Part shown: positions 29,426-40,100 of the stretch, piece by piece | How positions within the stretch are numbered: position 1 is the stretch's first letter | How the letters are laid out: every line of letters begins with the position of its first letter | Assembly: GCA_030583745.1 (NCBI GenBank) | Contig: CP129473.1 | Span: 362,887 to 426,886, forward strand | Length of the DNA stretch: 64,000 nucleotides | Reading direction: 5' to 3' | Source: Minisyncoccota bacterium | Lineage (GTDB): Bacteria; Patescibacteriota; Minisyncoccia; Phycocordibacterales; BOKC01 | Notes under the pieces: model-generated | Database searches by the model: none | Told to the model about the DNA's origin: nothing | Seen by the model: the letters and a program-made list of their open reading frames with translations, nothing else | Position numbers and translations under genes: made by a program

Positions 29426-31202
29426 GATACATCTTATAAAAAAAAGAATCTGTTCTAGAAAGCAAATCCCCCGGTTTCCCCTCCTCAATAATCCGACCTT
29501 TGTCCAAAACTAAAAGATGATCAACATTCATAATCGTTGACAAGCGATGAGCAATTATAAAAAGAGTGGTTTCCCCACGGAGATTATCAATGGCTCTACG
29601 TACTGCTAATTCTGACTCATTATCAAGAGCACTAGTTGCTTCGTCAAGGATAAGAAGTTGGGGATTGCGAGCAAAGACACGCGCCAAAATAAGCCTTTGG
29701 CGCTGTCCGACAGACAACATCATGCCACGATCACCGACCAAAGTGTCCAAACCTTGAGGAAGTTCTCTTATTAGATCTCTTATATAGGACTTTTCTAATG
29801 CTTCAATAACACGCTCGTCGCTTATACTTTCGTCATACAACTTTATATTGCTTCTAATAGTGTCGTGTAGCAAAAAGGGATCTTGTGATACATATCCGAT
29901 ATTGCGTCGCCATTCGTCAAGATCAAATTCGTTTGCTTCTACCCCATCAAGCAGAATTTTACCGGAACCAGGATTAAACAAGCGCAACAAAAGATCAGCT
30001 AGAGTGGTTTTACCTGCACCAGAAGAACCAATAATTCCAACCGACGCGCCCTTGCGAACAGTAAAGCTAATATCTTTAAAAACAGGTTCGCGATTATCGT
30101 AAGAAAAAGCAACATTTGAAAACTTAAGATCGTTCTTAAAAACAAAAGGTTTGCCTCCTTGAGAAATTTCCTCTTTGGAATTCAAAAGAGCGTAGTGAAA
30201 TTCAGCGAAATTACTTACATGAGGTACGTAACTTACAAGAGACTGGAGAACACTTTGAATCGATTGGATTTGAGATACAACTCTATAGATTAGGTATAAA
30301 AGGACTGCGAATACAGCAAAATTAAACTCTGGCTTCCCGTAAGAAAAAAAGAATGTGATAAAAATTATTAAAACTGCCAGCGGTTGGAAAAAAATTGTAC
30401 CTAAAGGATAAAGAGCCGAGAAACGCAAACTAGCATCGGTAAAATCAGTTGCAAATTTATCGCTTTGTCTCTGTACAAACACCCTGGAAATTCCGGTTTT
30501 AATCATCTTAATCCCGGTCATGAGTTGGTACATATAATGGACAAAGTCTTTTTCAATCTCTATAATCTTTCTTGAATAGCGACGAATAGCGACTAGTACA
30601 AAACGCAAAAGTAACATAAATACCAAACCGCTACCTAATGCCACAGCAGTCATTAAAGGAGAGATCATAAAAGCAAACACTATATAAACAACCAGGAGCA
30701 AGGAACTGTGAAGCAAACCTATCCCGCGCGATAGAAAATCAATCACCTGGGGAATATCTCGAGACATAATGTATTGAACATGACCGAACTTCTGTTTTAT
30801 TAAAAACAGCCAATTGGCATTGTAGGCATTCAGCAGAAAGTTCTGTCTAAGTAATATGGAGAGTTTATAGCTTAAAAAGTTTTGCAGAAAAGACGCCACC
30901 CAGAGCATGGAAGCTCTGGCTACAAAAAAGAAAAATATTAAAAGCAATAAAACTTGCGGACTTTGATCTACTTGTAGTCGCGAGATTAATCCATAAAAAA
31001 AAGCAATTACCTTATTTGGAGCCTCGTAAGGGACACCACTTAACGAAGAAAGAAAAGGAATCAAGATTGTAATGCCAAAGCTTTCAAAAAGCGCTCCCAA
31101 AAAAGTTACTAAAAAAATCGGTATGATAAGAAACCAAAATCGACGTAGTAGCTCCGAGATAAACCTTACTGTTGTAGAACTGTTTAGGTATCGTTGAATC
31201 AT
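29406..31202 (-). CDS. ABC transporter, fused permease/ATPase exporter (MsbA-like).
   Basis: 6-TM domain plus Walker A GSSGAGKTT, signature LSVGQRQRL, Walker B LLILDEATSALD. Confidence 0.85.
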   Translation of the reverse strand: MIQRYLNSSTTVRFISELLRRFWFLIIPIFLVTFLGALFESFGITILIPFLSSLSGVPYEAPNKVIAFFYGLISRLQVDQSPQVLLLLIFFFFVARASMLWVASFLQNFLSYKLSILLRQNFLLNAYNANWLFLIKQKFGHVQYIMSRDIPQVIDFLSRGIGLLHSSLLLVVYIVFAFMISPLMTAVALGSGLVFMLLLRFVLVAIRRYSRKIIEIEKDFVHYMYQLMTGIKMIKTGISRVFVQRQSDKFATDFTDASLRFSALYPLGTIFFQPLAVLIIFITFFFSYGKPEFNFAVFAVLLYLIYRVVSQIQSIQSVLQSLVSYVPHVSNFAEFHYALLNSKEEISQGGKPFVFKNDLKFSNVAFSYDNREPVFKDISFTVRKGASVGIIGSSGAGKTTLADLLLRLFNPGSGKILLDGVEANEFDLDEWRRNIGYVSQDPFLLHDTIRSNIKLYDESISDERVIEALEKSYIRDLIRELPQGLDTLVGDRGMMLSVGQRQRLILARVFARNPQLLILDEATSALDNESELAVRRAIDNLRGETTLFIIAHRLSTIMNVDHLLVLDKGRIIEEGKPGDLLSRTDSFFYKMYHAGDKK

Positions 31203-31217
31203 TTTTTAAAGAAATAT

Positions 31218-32324
31218 CTAATCTTTTTTGAAAAAGTCTTTCAATGTTTTTGCTATAAAATTGATATCCTTGTCAGACAACAAAGGGTGAATGGGTAGAG
31301 TGATAGCTGTCTTATGATATAAATCAGTATTTTTTAATTTTGTTTTTGCATAGCCATTTTTTCTATAATAAGGATGGGAGTAAACTGCCGGATAATGGAA
31401 ATTTACTCCAATACCTTTTTCTTTCAAAAAATTATAAAGAGGAAAACGATCTTTTTCTTTTACAGTTCTAATAACATAAACATGCCAACCAGATAAGACA
31501 TTTTCTGACTCAATTGGTAAAATTATTTCTTTAATGCCTCCGATTAATTTCTCATACTTTTTTACAATCACTCTTCTCTTTTCAACAAAATAAGGGAGAC
31601 GTTCTAATTGAGACAACCCTAGTGCGCACTGAATATCAGTTATACGGTAGTTATACCCCATTTCTGTCATAACATTAAAACCTTTTTTATCCTTATGGAT
31701 TCCGTGACTTCGTAATGACAAAAGTCGGTCATATGATTTTTTACTATTTGTTAGAATAGCCCCTCCTTCACCTGTTGTTATGGCTTTCACAGCATGAAAA
31801 CTCATGACGGTCATATCCCCTATCCCACCAATTGGTTTTTTCTTATAAACGGAACCGAGAGCATGACATCCGTCTTCGATAACTTTCAATTTATACTTTT
31901 TGGCAATTTTTAAAATTGTATCCATTTCACAAGCTCCCCCAGCAAAATGAACGGGAACAATCGCTTTGGTTTTTTTATTAATAAGACCCTCTATTTTTGT
32001 TTCATCAATATTATAAGTATCAAGACGAATGTCACAAAAGACAGGTTTGGCGCCAACTGCAAGCAACATATTTGAAGTTGCCACAAAAGTATTAGGTGTT
32101 GTTATAACTTCGTCCCCTTCCTTTAGACCAGCGACAAGGTATGCGAGATGTAATGCAGCCGTACCGTTTGATACAGCTATCGCGTATTTGGACCCACAAT
32201 ATTTTGCTAAGGCATTTTCAAACTCCAAAACTTTTGGCCCCTGCGTTAAAAAAGGAGATTTTAAAGCTTTAACTACTGCATCAATATCACTTTTGTCTAA
32301 ACATTGTTTTCCGTAAGGAATCAT
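31218..32324 (-). CDS. DegT/DnrJ/EryC1/StrS-family PLP-dependent sugar aminotransferase (PseC/ArnB-like).
   Basis: Conserved fold-type I sugar aminotransferase blocks throughout. Confidence 0.85.
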   Translation of the reverse strand: MIPYGKQCLDKSDIDAVVKALKSPFLTQGPKVLEFENALAKYCGSKYAIAVSNGTAALHLAYLVAGLKEGDEVITTPNTFVATSNMLLAVGAKPVFCDIRLDTYNIDETKIEGLINKKTKAIVPVHFAGGACEMDTILKIAKKYKLKVIEDGCHALGSVYKKKPIGGIGDMTVMSFHAVKAITTGEGGAILTNSKKSYDRLLSLRSHGIHKDKKGFNVMTEMGYNYRITDIQCALGLSQLERLPYFVEKRRVIVKKYEKLIGGIKEIILPIESENVLSGWHVYVIRTVKEKDRFPLYNFLKEKGIGVNFHYPAVYSHPYYRKNGYAKTKLKNTDLYHKTAITLPIHPLLSDKDINFIAKTLKDFFKKD

Positions 32325-32403
32325 ATAATTTAAAATTTGTATTTTTGCCTAAAAAATCATCGCGGAGTAAGATTAAAAAAACCCGAAAACCTGTAAATTT
32401 AAT

Positions 32404-33414
32404 TTAAAGCATTTGTTTTTCTAGCTCTTTTGCTATCTTAAGCAAATCGTTACGGCTCATTTGTAAAGTATTAGTATCGCTGGTAAAGGAAAAATCTGCC
32501 GGAATTTTCTTGCCCTTAGTCTTATGTTTTTTAAACCTCAAAGAATTAATGTATTTATGTTCTGGCAATATTACAAAATAGCTATCAAGTTCAAGCGAAT
32601 GTCTGGCTTCTTCCGCAGTTAGTAGAACCTCATGAATTTTTTCTCCAGGTCTAATACCACTCACCTCTTTTTTAAGATTTGGAGCGATGGTTTCAAAAAT
32701 ATCTTTTATCGACATGCTGGGAACTTTTTTAGGTATAAATATCTCACCGCCTTCCATCTGTTTCAGAGCAAATAAAACCAACTGGAAGGATTCTTCCAGC
32801 CTTAACCAAAACCTGGTCATTCTCTCATCTGTAAGACAAATGCTTTCTTTATTTTTATTCTTCAAAAGAATTTCTATGATACTACCGCGACTGCCGATAA
32901 CATTACCGTATCTCACACAGCTAAACTTTGTATATTCACCAGCGTAGACATTGCTTGCAATAAAAAGTTTCTCGGCACACAATTTTGTAGAACCATACAG
33001 ATTTACCGGCTGAGCAGCTTTATCTGTTGAAACCAAAAGCACTTTAGAAACACCTTGATCTACAGCGGCTTCAATTACATTTTGTGTTCCCAATACATTC
33101 GTCTTTACTGCTTCAATTGGATTGTATTCCAAGGTCGGAACTTGTTTTAAAGCGGCAGCGTGGACAATAATATCTACGCCATGAAAAGCCCTTTGCAACC
33201 TTGATAAATCTCTTATGTCACCCAGAAAAAAACGCACACGGTCATCTTTAAATTCCTCAGCCATTACTGACTGTTTTAATTCATCTCGGCTAAAAACAAT
33301 GAGCTTCTTCAAGGAATGATTTTCTAGAAGATGTCTGGCAAAATTTTTACCAAAAGAACCAGTCCCTCCGGTAATAAGCAAAGTTTTGTTTTTCAAAAAA
33401 TCGTTTTTTTTCAT
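32404..33414 (-). CDS. UDP-GlcNAc 4,6-dehydratase (PseB/FlaA1/CapD-like SDR).
   Basis: TGGTGSFG Rossmann motif; the Yxxx(A)K catalytic motif is present (YGSTK). Confidence 0.85.
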   Translation of the reverse strand: MKKNDFLKNKTLLITGGTGSFGKNFARHLLENHSLKKLIVFSRDELKQSVMAEEFKDDRVRFFLGDIRDLSRLQRAFHGVDIIVHAAALKQVPTLEYNPIEAVKTNVLGTQNVIEAAVDQGVSKVLLVSTDKAAQPVNLYGSTKLCAEKLFIASNVYAGEYTKFSCVRYGNVIGSRGSIIEILLKNKNKESICLTDERMTRFWLRLEESFQLVLFALKQMEGGEIFIPKKVPSMSIKDIFETIAPNLKKEVSGIRPGEKIHEVLLTAEEARHSLELDSYFVILPEHKYINSLRFKKHKTKGKKIPADFSFTSDTNTLQMSRNDLLKIAKELEKQML

Positions 33415-33454
33415 ATTTTATATGGATAAACTTATGATTTCCAAAGTATATTAA

Positions 33455-34144
33455 TTAAACTCCAGCCGAAAAGCTTTTTAATGATTTTCTTAGTAAAGTA
33501 CAAGCCCCCCTGCCAGAGGAGTCAACTTTAGCGTCTAGCTTATCGTAATCTTGACTGAAAGTAAAACGTCCAACTGGAGTATATATAGCAGTGGAAGTAA
33601 AAATTTTAGGATAATCTAGTTTGTAAGTATATACGTTCTTTTCCGGCAAATGATGGTAAAGAACTCGTGTTGGCACATCCGGTGAAAAATCACTGATAAT
33701 TAGGAAGCCCTCGTTTTTTACTAATCTATCAATTTCTGATACAGATTTTAAAAGTCCATCTCGAGCTATCCAATGAAAAACGAAAGAGACAATCACCAAA
33801 TCAAAAGAACCTTCGATCGGCATTTTTGATGCCAAAGCTCGTTGTAATTTTAATTTTGGATAACGCTTCTTACCATCGCGAACAGCTTCAGCAGAAGGTT
33901 CTACCCCCACACATTCTGCTTTGTATTTTTTTTGTAAATTATTCAACCTCCAACCGTTACTGCATCCAACTTCCAAAATTCGTCTAGGCTTAATACTGTA
34001 TTCCCCAAGCATCTTTAACACTTGATCTTCACTAGAAACAGAACGCTTTTTGGTAATTTTGTCTTTATTTCTAGTAAACCAATTGTCTCCCTCGTAATCA
34101 AAAAAAATACTGTCCTGGTTCATATATGACATCCATATTAGCAA
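33455..34144 (-). CDS. Class I SAM-dependent methyltransferase.
   Basis: ILEVGCSNGWRL motif I. Confidence 0.65.
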   Translation of the reverse strand: MLIWMSYMNQDSIFFDYEGDNWFTRNKDKITKKRSVSSEDQVLKMLGEYSIKPRRILEVGCSNGWRLNNLQKKYKAECVGVEPSAEAVRDGKKRYPKLKLQRALASKMPIEGSFDLVIVSFVFHWIARDGLLKSVSEIDRLVKNEGFLIISDFSPDVPTRVLYHHLPEKNVYTYKLDYPKIFTSTAIYTPVGRFTFSQDYDKLDAKVDSSGRGACTLLRKSLKSFSAGV

Positions 34145-34227
34145 AAAAACACCTTAACAACAAGGTTTTTACATAAGAGTTATTCAATAACCCTATCATA
34201 GAAATTATTGGCGTATTTACTTATTTT

Positions 34228-34292
34228 AGTAGTCCGTAACCTCTGCTAATCCACCGTTTGAGTTGGTAACGACACTGGTGCCGCCTAGGTGG
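34228..34292 (-). pseudogene. Stub of RHS core 3' region (third, truncated copy); encodes ...HLGGTSVVTNSNGGLAEVTDYY... but is not followed by a toxin ORF.
   Basis: ~63 bp nearly identical to 36778..36843 and similar to 37970..38035. Confidence 0.5.
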
Positions 34293-34359
34293 TGTTATAG
34301 AAAATAGCACTGTCACAATTTCCTTAGCAACAGAAATTGTAGTTTAAACTAAAGGCTTT

Positions 34360-34734
34360 TTAATCATTATTCCAAAAATTAATTACATTATTCCACTCAT
34401 TTTTAAGATTGTCTGATAAATAAATCAAAAATTCCTCAGGATTAGCGTCTTTTTCCCAAGAAATATTATTTTGCAAGGTTTCTAATAATCCTATTGTAAT
34501 TGCTTCTTTGACATATCTATCGCCATCTTTAAATATGTTATCTATCAGTTTAAATATTGTTTTTAGTTCTTCTTCCTTTTTTTCTTTATAAAGTTTTAAA
34601 ATGTATCTGGAAAGCTCTGCAAGAATTGTGTAGACATCTTCTTTCTCCCAAACAAATTCCATAAACTCTAAATATCCTCTGAACCCATCAGATTTTTTGA
34701 CTATGTGGTCTGTTAAATCTCTCTTAGTAAACAT
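34360..34734 (-). CDS. Hypothetical 124-aa acidic protein; candidate immunity protein for the orphan toxin 34735..35505.
   Basis: Position immediately downstream of toxin cassette with 1-nt spacing. No recognisable family. Confidence 0.4.
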   Translation of the reverse strand: MFTKRDLTDHIVKKSDGFRGYLEFMEFVWEKEDVYTILAELSRYILKLYKEKKEEELKTIFKLIDNIFKDGDRYVKEAITIGLLETLQNNISWEKDANPEEFLIYLSDNLKNEWNNVINFWNND

Positions 34735-35505
34735 TTATTTTTTTATCTTACTAAGTGCATCCTTAAGATCTTTGGAAATTCTGTTTAGAACATTCCTCTC
34801 TTGAGAATTCAAACTAGATCCATGTTTATCAAATATATTATCAATTCTATTTAGGGTATTACGCGCCTTTTCAATATGGGTGGAACCCCCAACCGGGTCG
34901 CCTGTCTTTGCGGTATGTCTTATTGCGTCTGCCGTGCTACCATCCCCTATTTTCGATCCTGCTCTATAATTATCTCTTATAAGGTTAAGGATGCTTTCAT
35001 TCTCTACACCTTTCATTAAGGAACGACCCACCATATTAGTGCTTCTAAAAGCATCCCCCAACGCACCAAATACTCCAGGAATAACAGAAACTCCAGCCAA
35101 AGCTCGCTCACCCCAACTCAATCCTTCACCAGTAAATACATCTTGACCAGTGCGTGCTTCTTGAATTGCAATAGCATCACTGGAGCCGGGCGCGAAGTTA
35201 AGGGCAGTCTGGTAATTATCAACCAGTATCGGCACCAGATGAACATTTGAGGCGATGAACGAAGAGATGGCGATGAGAGCGGGGGCTAGTTGAATAAACT
35301 CCCCTCCCGGGTCCACATGTTTGATCGGATTCCCCCTAGCATAACTGTACGAATTATGCAGTTGCGGATCAGAAAGGTATTGCTCTAGTTCAAGGTTGGT
35401 TTTGTTCTTTATTTCCCCAGGATTACCTACCGCAAGAAAGACTGGGTCCTGACTCAAGAACCTAGCGGTCTTACCATCCTGATACCTCGCCACCATGTAG
35501 TTCAA
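34735..35505 (-). CDS. Orphan RHS C-terminal cassette 2: conserved core tail (in-frame extension up to ~35640 without ATG) plus divergent C-terminal toxin domain of unknown type.
   Basis: N-terminus MNYMVARYQDGKTARFLSQDPVFLAVGN parallels the main RHS junction NYMNARYQDGKVGRFISQDPVFLAVGN. Upstream in-frame sequence encodes ...TDYYPYGKIKLDE. Confidence 0.6.
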   Translation of the reverse strand: MNYMVARYQDGKTARFLSQDPVFLAVGNPGEIKNKTNLELEQYLSDPQLHNSYSYARGNPIKHVDPGGEFIQLAPALIAISSFIASNVHLVPILVDNYQTALNFAPGSSDAIAIQEARTGQDVFTGEGLSWGERALAGVSVIPGVFGALGDAFRSTNMVGRSLMKGVENESILNLIRDNYRAGSKIGDGSTADAIRHTAKTGDPVGGSTHIEKARNTLNRIDNIFDKHGSSLNSQERNVLNRISKDLKDALSKIKK

Positions 35506-35668
35506 ATCAGTAGCTTCGTCATAGAAGTGCCCGGTGAATTTTCTTCTTTCTTTAAATGTACCTGTCGTCTCGTCTAACTTTATCTTACCATACGGGTAGT
35601 AGTCCGTAACCTCTGTTAATCCACCTCTACTGGTGGATTAGCGAAATAATAAATTAAAAAGAAATTTG

Positions 35669-35917
35669 TTAAATTTTCATGTGGGGAGAACAAAAACCTG
35701 TGAGATAATCTAAGGCCTCTAATACCCAATCTTCATCTTTCTCTCTGCCTTCTTTCCGTAGAAAAAGCATATACTCTGTCACATCGCTCTCTAATTGTTT
35801 CCGATCATACCCTTCCTTGAGAATCTTAATGAAAAGTTCGCGCATTTTAAGATCAGGGTCCATTTCTGCCTTGAGAGCTTCCTCTATACCATTTATCAAT
35901 TCTTCTTTCTTTTTCAT
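35669..35917 (-). CDS. Hypothetical 82-aa protein; candidate immunity protein for orphan cassette 1.
   Basis: Genomic position only. Confidence 0.35.
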   Translation of the reverse strand: MKKKEELINGIEEALKAEMDPDLKMRELFIKILKEGYDRKQLESDVTEYMLFLRKEGREKDEDWVLEALDYLTGFCSPHMKI

Positions 35918-35920
35918 AAA

Positions 35921-36676
35921 TTAAAGCTTTTTCCAGAATTCTTGGGTAGATTGCATTAGTTTATCAAGCTTGCTTTTAGACATACTGTTAGAAGGTTGTA
36001 TAGTGCCGTGAGTAGAACTATCTGGAACATATTTAAGACCGCTCGGTAAATTAGAGCATTTTATGCACCATACTGGATCTTTTCCTGTGCCTCCAAATTC
36101 TGGTGTGCGTCTATGTATTTGTAGATTATAGGGACTATTAGGACTAACCGACATTCCCCCATCTGCGGAATGAACAAAACCTTTTGCATCTATAGGAATA
36201 TCCCTTCCTAATCTTACCCCTAACCCTCTCGCGGAATTTTCTACCATCGGAAGTCCGTCGGGACCCTCTTTCATCGCCCTAAATAGAAGCGTTTCTCCAA
36301 CATCATCCACTTTATTCACCGCCGCTCCTACCGCCTTATTCACCCCCTTAGAAGCGCCTCCACCCGGAGCGACGATTGAGCCGACCAGGATAGCGGCTTC
36401 CAGTCCGGGATTTTCAAAATTATCGCTGGTTGGAGCGTAAGCAACATTGGGAGTCAAAAGCCCGATAATAGCGGCTAAAACTAAACCTTCCCCCGTCGGA
36501 TCAACATACTTTAGAGGATTGTTGGCCACATAACTGTAGGAGTTTAGCTCTTGAGGATTTATCAGTAGTTGTTCCAGAGTTCTGTCGTATTTACTCAAAT
36601 CCTTTCCGACATCATGGAACATGGGATCTTGTGAGATAAATCTCCCAACCTTCCCATCTTGATAACGGGCGTTCAT
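35921..36676 (-). CDS. Orphan RHS C-terminal cassette 1: core tail (in-frame extension to ~36843, 160 bp identical to main RHS) plus distinct C-terminal toxin domain of unknown type.
   Basis: MNARYQDGKVGRFISQDP junction identical to main gene. DNA 36623..36783 matches 37826..37987. Confidence 0.6.
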   Translation of the reverse strand: MNARYQDGKVGRFISQDPMFHDVGKDLSKYDRTLEQLLINPQELNSYSYVANNPLKYVDPTGEGLVLAAIIGLLTPNVAYAPTSDNFENPGLEAAILVGSIVAPGGGASKGVNKAVGAAVNKVDDVGETLLFRAMKEGPDGLPMVENSARGLGVRLGRDIPIDAKGFVHSADGGMSVSPNSPYNLQIHRRTPEFGGTGKDPVWCIKCSNLPSGLKYVPDSSTHGTIQPSNSMSKSKLDKLMQSTQEFWKKL

Positions 36677-36866
36677 GTAATTAAGGTCGGTATCTTCATC
36701 GTAGGTGTGGCCGGTGTATTTCTTTGACGTTTTGAAAGTGCTGGCTTGTTCGTCTAGTTTTATCTTACCATACGGATAGTAGTCAGTAACCTCTGCTAAT
36801 CCACCGTTTGAGTTGGTGACAACACTGGTGCCGCCTAGGTGAAAAGTTAAGAGCTCCTATTGTTAC

Positions 36867-37127
36867 TCACGATAACTTTAAAATTGATTCTGCGATTTTA
36901 TAATATTTCTTGCTATCCCCAGCTATATTTTCATCAAACTGATCTACAAAGACTGTATATAGTTTTTCTCCAAGTTCATATTTATCATCTTCCTTGTTTA
37001 ACAATGGTATGATAAATTTTTCAACCAGTGGATCATATTCATCATTAGGTGCACCAGTTCTTATAAGATCAACGGGGTCGTGGTTTCGAAAGATGTCTTT
37101 TATTTCTTTTATATAATTCTTTTCCAT
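36867..37127 (-). CDS. Hypothetical 86-aa acidic protein; candidate immunity protein for the main RHS toxin.
   Basis: 2-nt gap downstream of RHS stop. Small acidic cytoplasmic protein. Confidence 0.4.
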   Translation of the reverse strand: MEKNYIKEIKDIFRNHDPVDLIRTGAPNDEYDPLVEKFIIPLLNKEDDKYELGEKLYTVFVDQFDENIAGDSKKYYKIAESILKLS

Positions 37128-37129
37128 TT

Positions 37130-40100
37130 TTATTCCGCATATTTTTTAAGAAACTTGATTATATGTGGTTCAAACTGCTTTTTTGAGTAAGTAGTAATAA
37201 CTTTATTAGTTTTATTATCTAACACAACAGCCGTCTCTTTTGTAAGATACAAAGATCTTCCACTTGTTTGTTCTAATTTAGCGACAGGATTTCCTATGGT
37301 ATTCAACACATCTTGATGACTGACGCCTCTTGTTTCAGATCTCATGGCTGAATATGGAGTGTATCCACCAAATTTTCCTGCTGTAGGTTCTACAATTTTG
37401 CCTAAATCTCCGATTGAATCGCCAACTCTTAGTGATTTACTTGAGTCAATAACTCTCTCAATTGCTTTTCTTGCATCATTAACATCATCCGCCTTCCCTC
37501 CAATCCTAGCCGCAAATCCTAATCCCGCCACTCCCGGCAAAGCAGCACCGGCAATATCAGCTCCTAAAGCAGTAATGTTTTCCCTGCTGACACTTCCAGT
37601 TCGGGCAATATCTTGACCGATTTTGTATAGATCATAGCCAATAAAGCCGACATCAAGAAAGATGTCAATGAATTCTCCGGTGGAGTCGGTGTGTTTAAGC
37701 GGATTGTTCTTGACGTAACTGTACGAGTTCAAGAGTTGCGGATCAGAAAGATACTGCTCTAATTCTAGTCCCGTCTTCTCCTTTATTACCTGTGAATTCC
37801 CCACCGCCAGAAAGACCGGATCTTGTGAGATAAATCTCCCAACCTTCCCATCTTGATAACGGGCGTTCATGTAATTAAGGTCGGTATCTTCATCGTAGGT
37901 GTGGCCGGTGTATTTCTTTGACGTTTTGAAAGTGCTGGCTTGTTCGTCTAGTTTTATCTTACCATACGGATAGTAGTCGGTTAACTCTTCTAATCCACCG
38001 TTGCTTTTGGTAACGACACTGGTGCCTAAGAGATGGTCGGGGTGTAGATAGAATATCTTGGCACTTGCGTCTATAGGCTCTGACATGGAGCCAAATCCCC
38101 CAAATCCTCCTCCGCCTGTTTGTAAGACACTTGTTTCAATCGTGGCGATCAGATCGTCGCCTGCGTAGATATGCTTGGTCGGTTTTCTATTTTTGACATC
38201 ATAATGCCGAGTGATATAAGTGGTGGTGGCAGAGTTGTTTATGGCATAGGTTAAACGATTGCCTTGGGGATCGTAGGAGTAGGTTGTGGTGGTGGCGCCG
38301 TTTGAAATTTCGGTCAATTGATTGCGGTAATCCCAAGAGAAAGATGATTGACCGAGAGCGGTTAAGTTTCCATTCTTATCGTAAGTGAGAGTATTGGAAG
38401 CGATGGAAGTTACGGCATGAGGATTGGCGTAATTTGATCCCTGGTTGCCTTCATATAAGTAATTCCCTTGATCGGATTTGGATGTGATGTTGCCGATATT
38501 TGAATAGGTGTAAGCTTCTGAATAATTTCCGCCGACAGCATCAGTTGTGGAAGCTGAAGTCAGGCGGTGCAGATCGTCATAGGCATAATCAATCATCTTG
38601 GCTGTGTTTGTATCAGAGCTGTCAATAATTTTAGTGATGTTTCCTACGGCATCATAAGTGTAGGATAAATCTTGCCAGACATTTTCATTGTAGCGAGTAG
38701 TTTTGTTTGACAGGCGGTAGAGCTTGTCAGGATCATAGGTATTTGTCGTTGAAGCGTTATTTCCGTAATGGAGGTAAGTGACTTGACCCAAAGGAGAGTA
38801 ATCTAGATCGTGCGCCAAGACGCTCGGATATATTGAAGTCGGCTCTTTCCAGGCCACCTTTTCCAATAGACCGGCCTTGTTGTAATCGTAGCTGATAAAT
38901 GAACTATCCGGGTGGGTAAGCTTAGTTAAATTGCCCTGACGATCATACTCATATTGAGTGGCGTAATTCGTGTTGATAATCTTTTTGGTTTCTTTTTTAA
39001 CACGACCTAAAGGATCATATTCATTTGATAGAACCATAATTGTAGTTGTGGCACTGCAAAGCTGGCCGATACCGTTCGGGCATGAGTCGTAACCGTATTC
39101 CACTTCTGTTCCAGACCAGACGGTGTAATTTTCTGTCAGACGACGATTTAGGTCGTTATATGTATATATAATGTTTTGGCCTTTCGGGTCTGTACTAGAA
39201 GCCAAATTACCCGCAGGATCATAATCGTAAGACCAGATACCAAAAGTATTGTCTGTGGGATTATGAAGATCTTCTGCCGTTAAATTCCTACCTAACCCGT
39301 CATAGGTAAAGTTGCGGATATTACCTTCAGCGTCAGTAATCTTTGTAAGATTTCTATTGCCATTCCAGTTATAAGTCGTGGTATAGGTATTTGCGTTATT
39401 GATTTCTTCAACTTTAACAAGATTATCATATGCGTCTTTGTAGAAATGCTTTACTTTATTCAGCGGATCGGTAACGGTAAGCTTCCAATCGTTATAGGTA
39501 TTAGCGGTTGTTCCTAAGGCATTGAATATTGTTTTAACTCTTCCCAGAGCGTCATAAGAATGCTCGATGTATAGAGCGGATGTGGTGGTAGCAGGTGTAG
39601 AGCTTGCGCCGGTAGAAAAATACGGCAGTGATTCTTTCTGTATTTTACCAATGGCATTGTAGGCAAAATCGCGAACAGAAAAATTATTGAAATCTTCAGC
39701 CTCTCTACGTTCTTGGATCACTCTTCCCAGCCCGTCAAGATAAGTATACGCATCAGACGAAGTGGCGGAATTAAGATAATCAGTTCTTTTAATTGAGCGT
39801 GGAAAACTGAAGTCGTCGTAGGAAAAAGCGGTCTTGGTGACTAGATTTCCCGGTGAGTCCAAATCCGGCTGTTTTTCTTCAATTATTCTGCCAAATGAAT
39901 CGTAGAAGACCTGAAAAGTATTTCCGTTAGGGTCTATTATTTCTCGCGGTTTACCTGAAGAATAATCGTAGTACCTTTCTGTTATATGTGATAGCGGATT
40001 TGTAGTAGTGGCAGGATATAGATTGTGGAGATCGTAAACGTAAGTTGTTATTTTGCCTCTAGGGTCTTTTTCCTCGGTTACCAAACCGAAATTGTTATAG

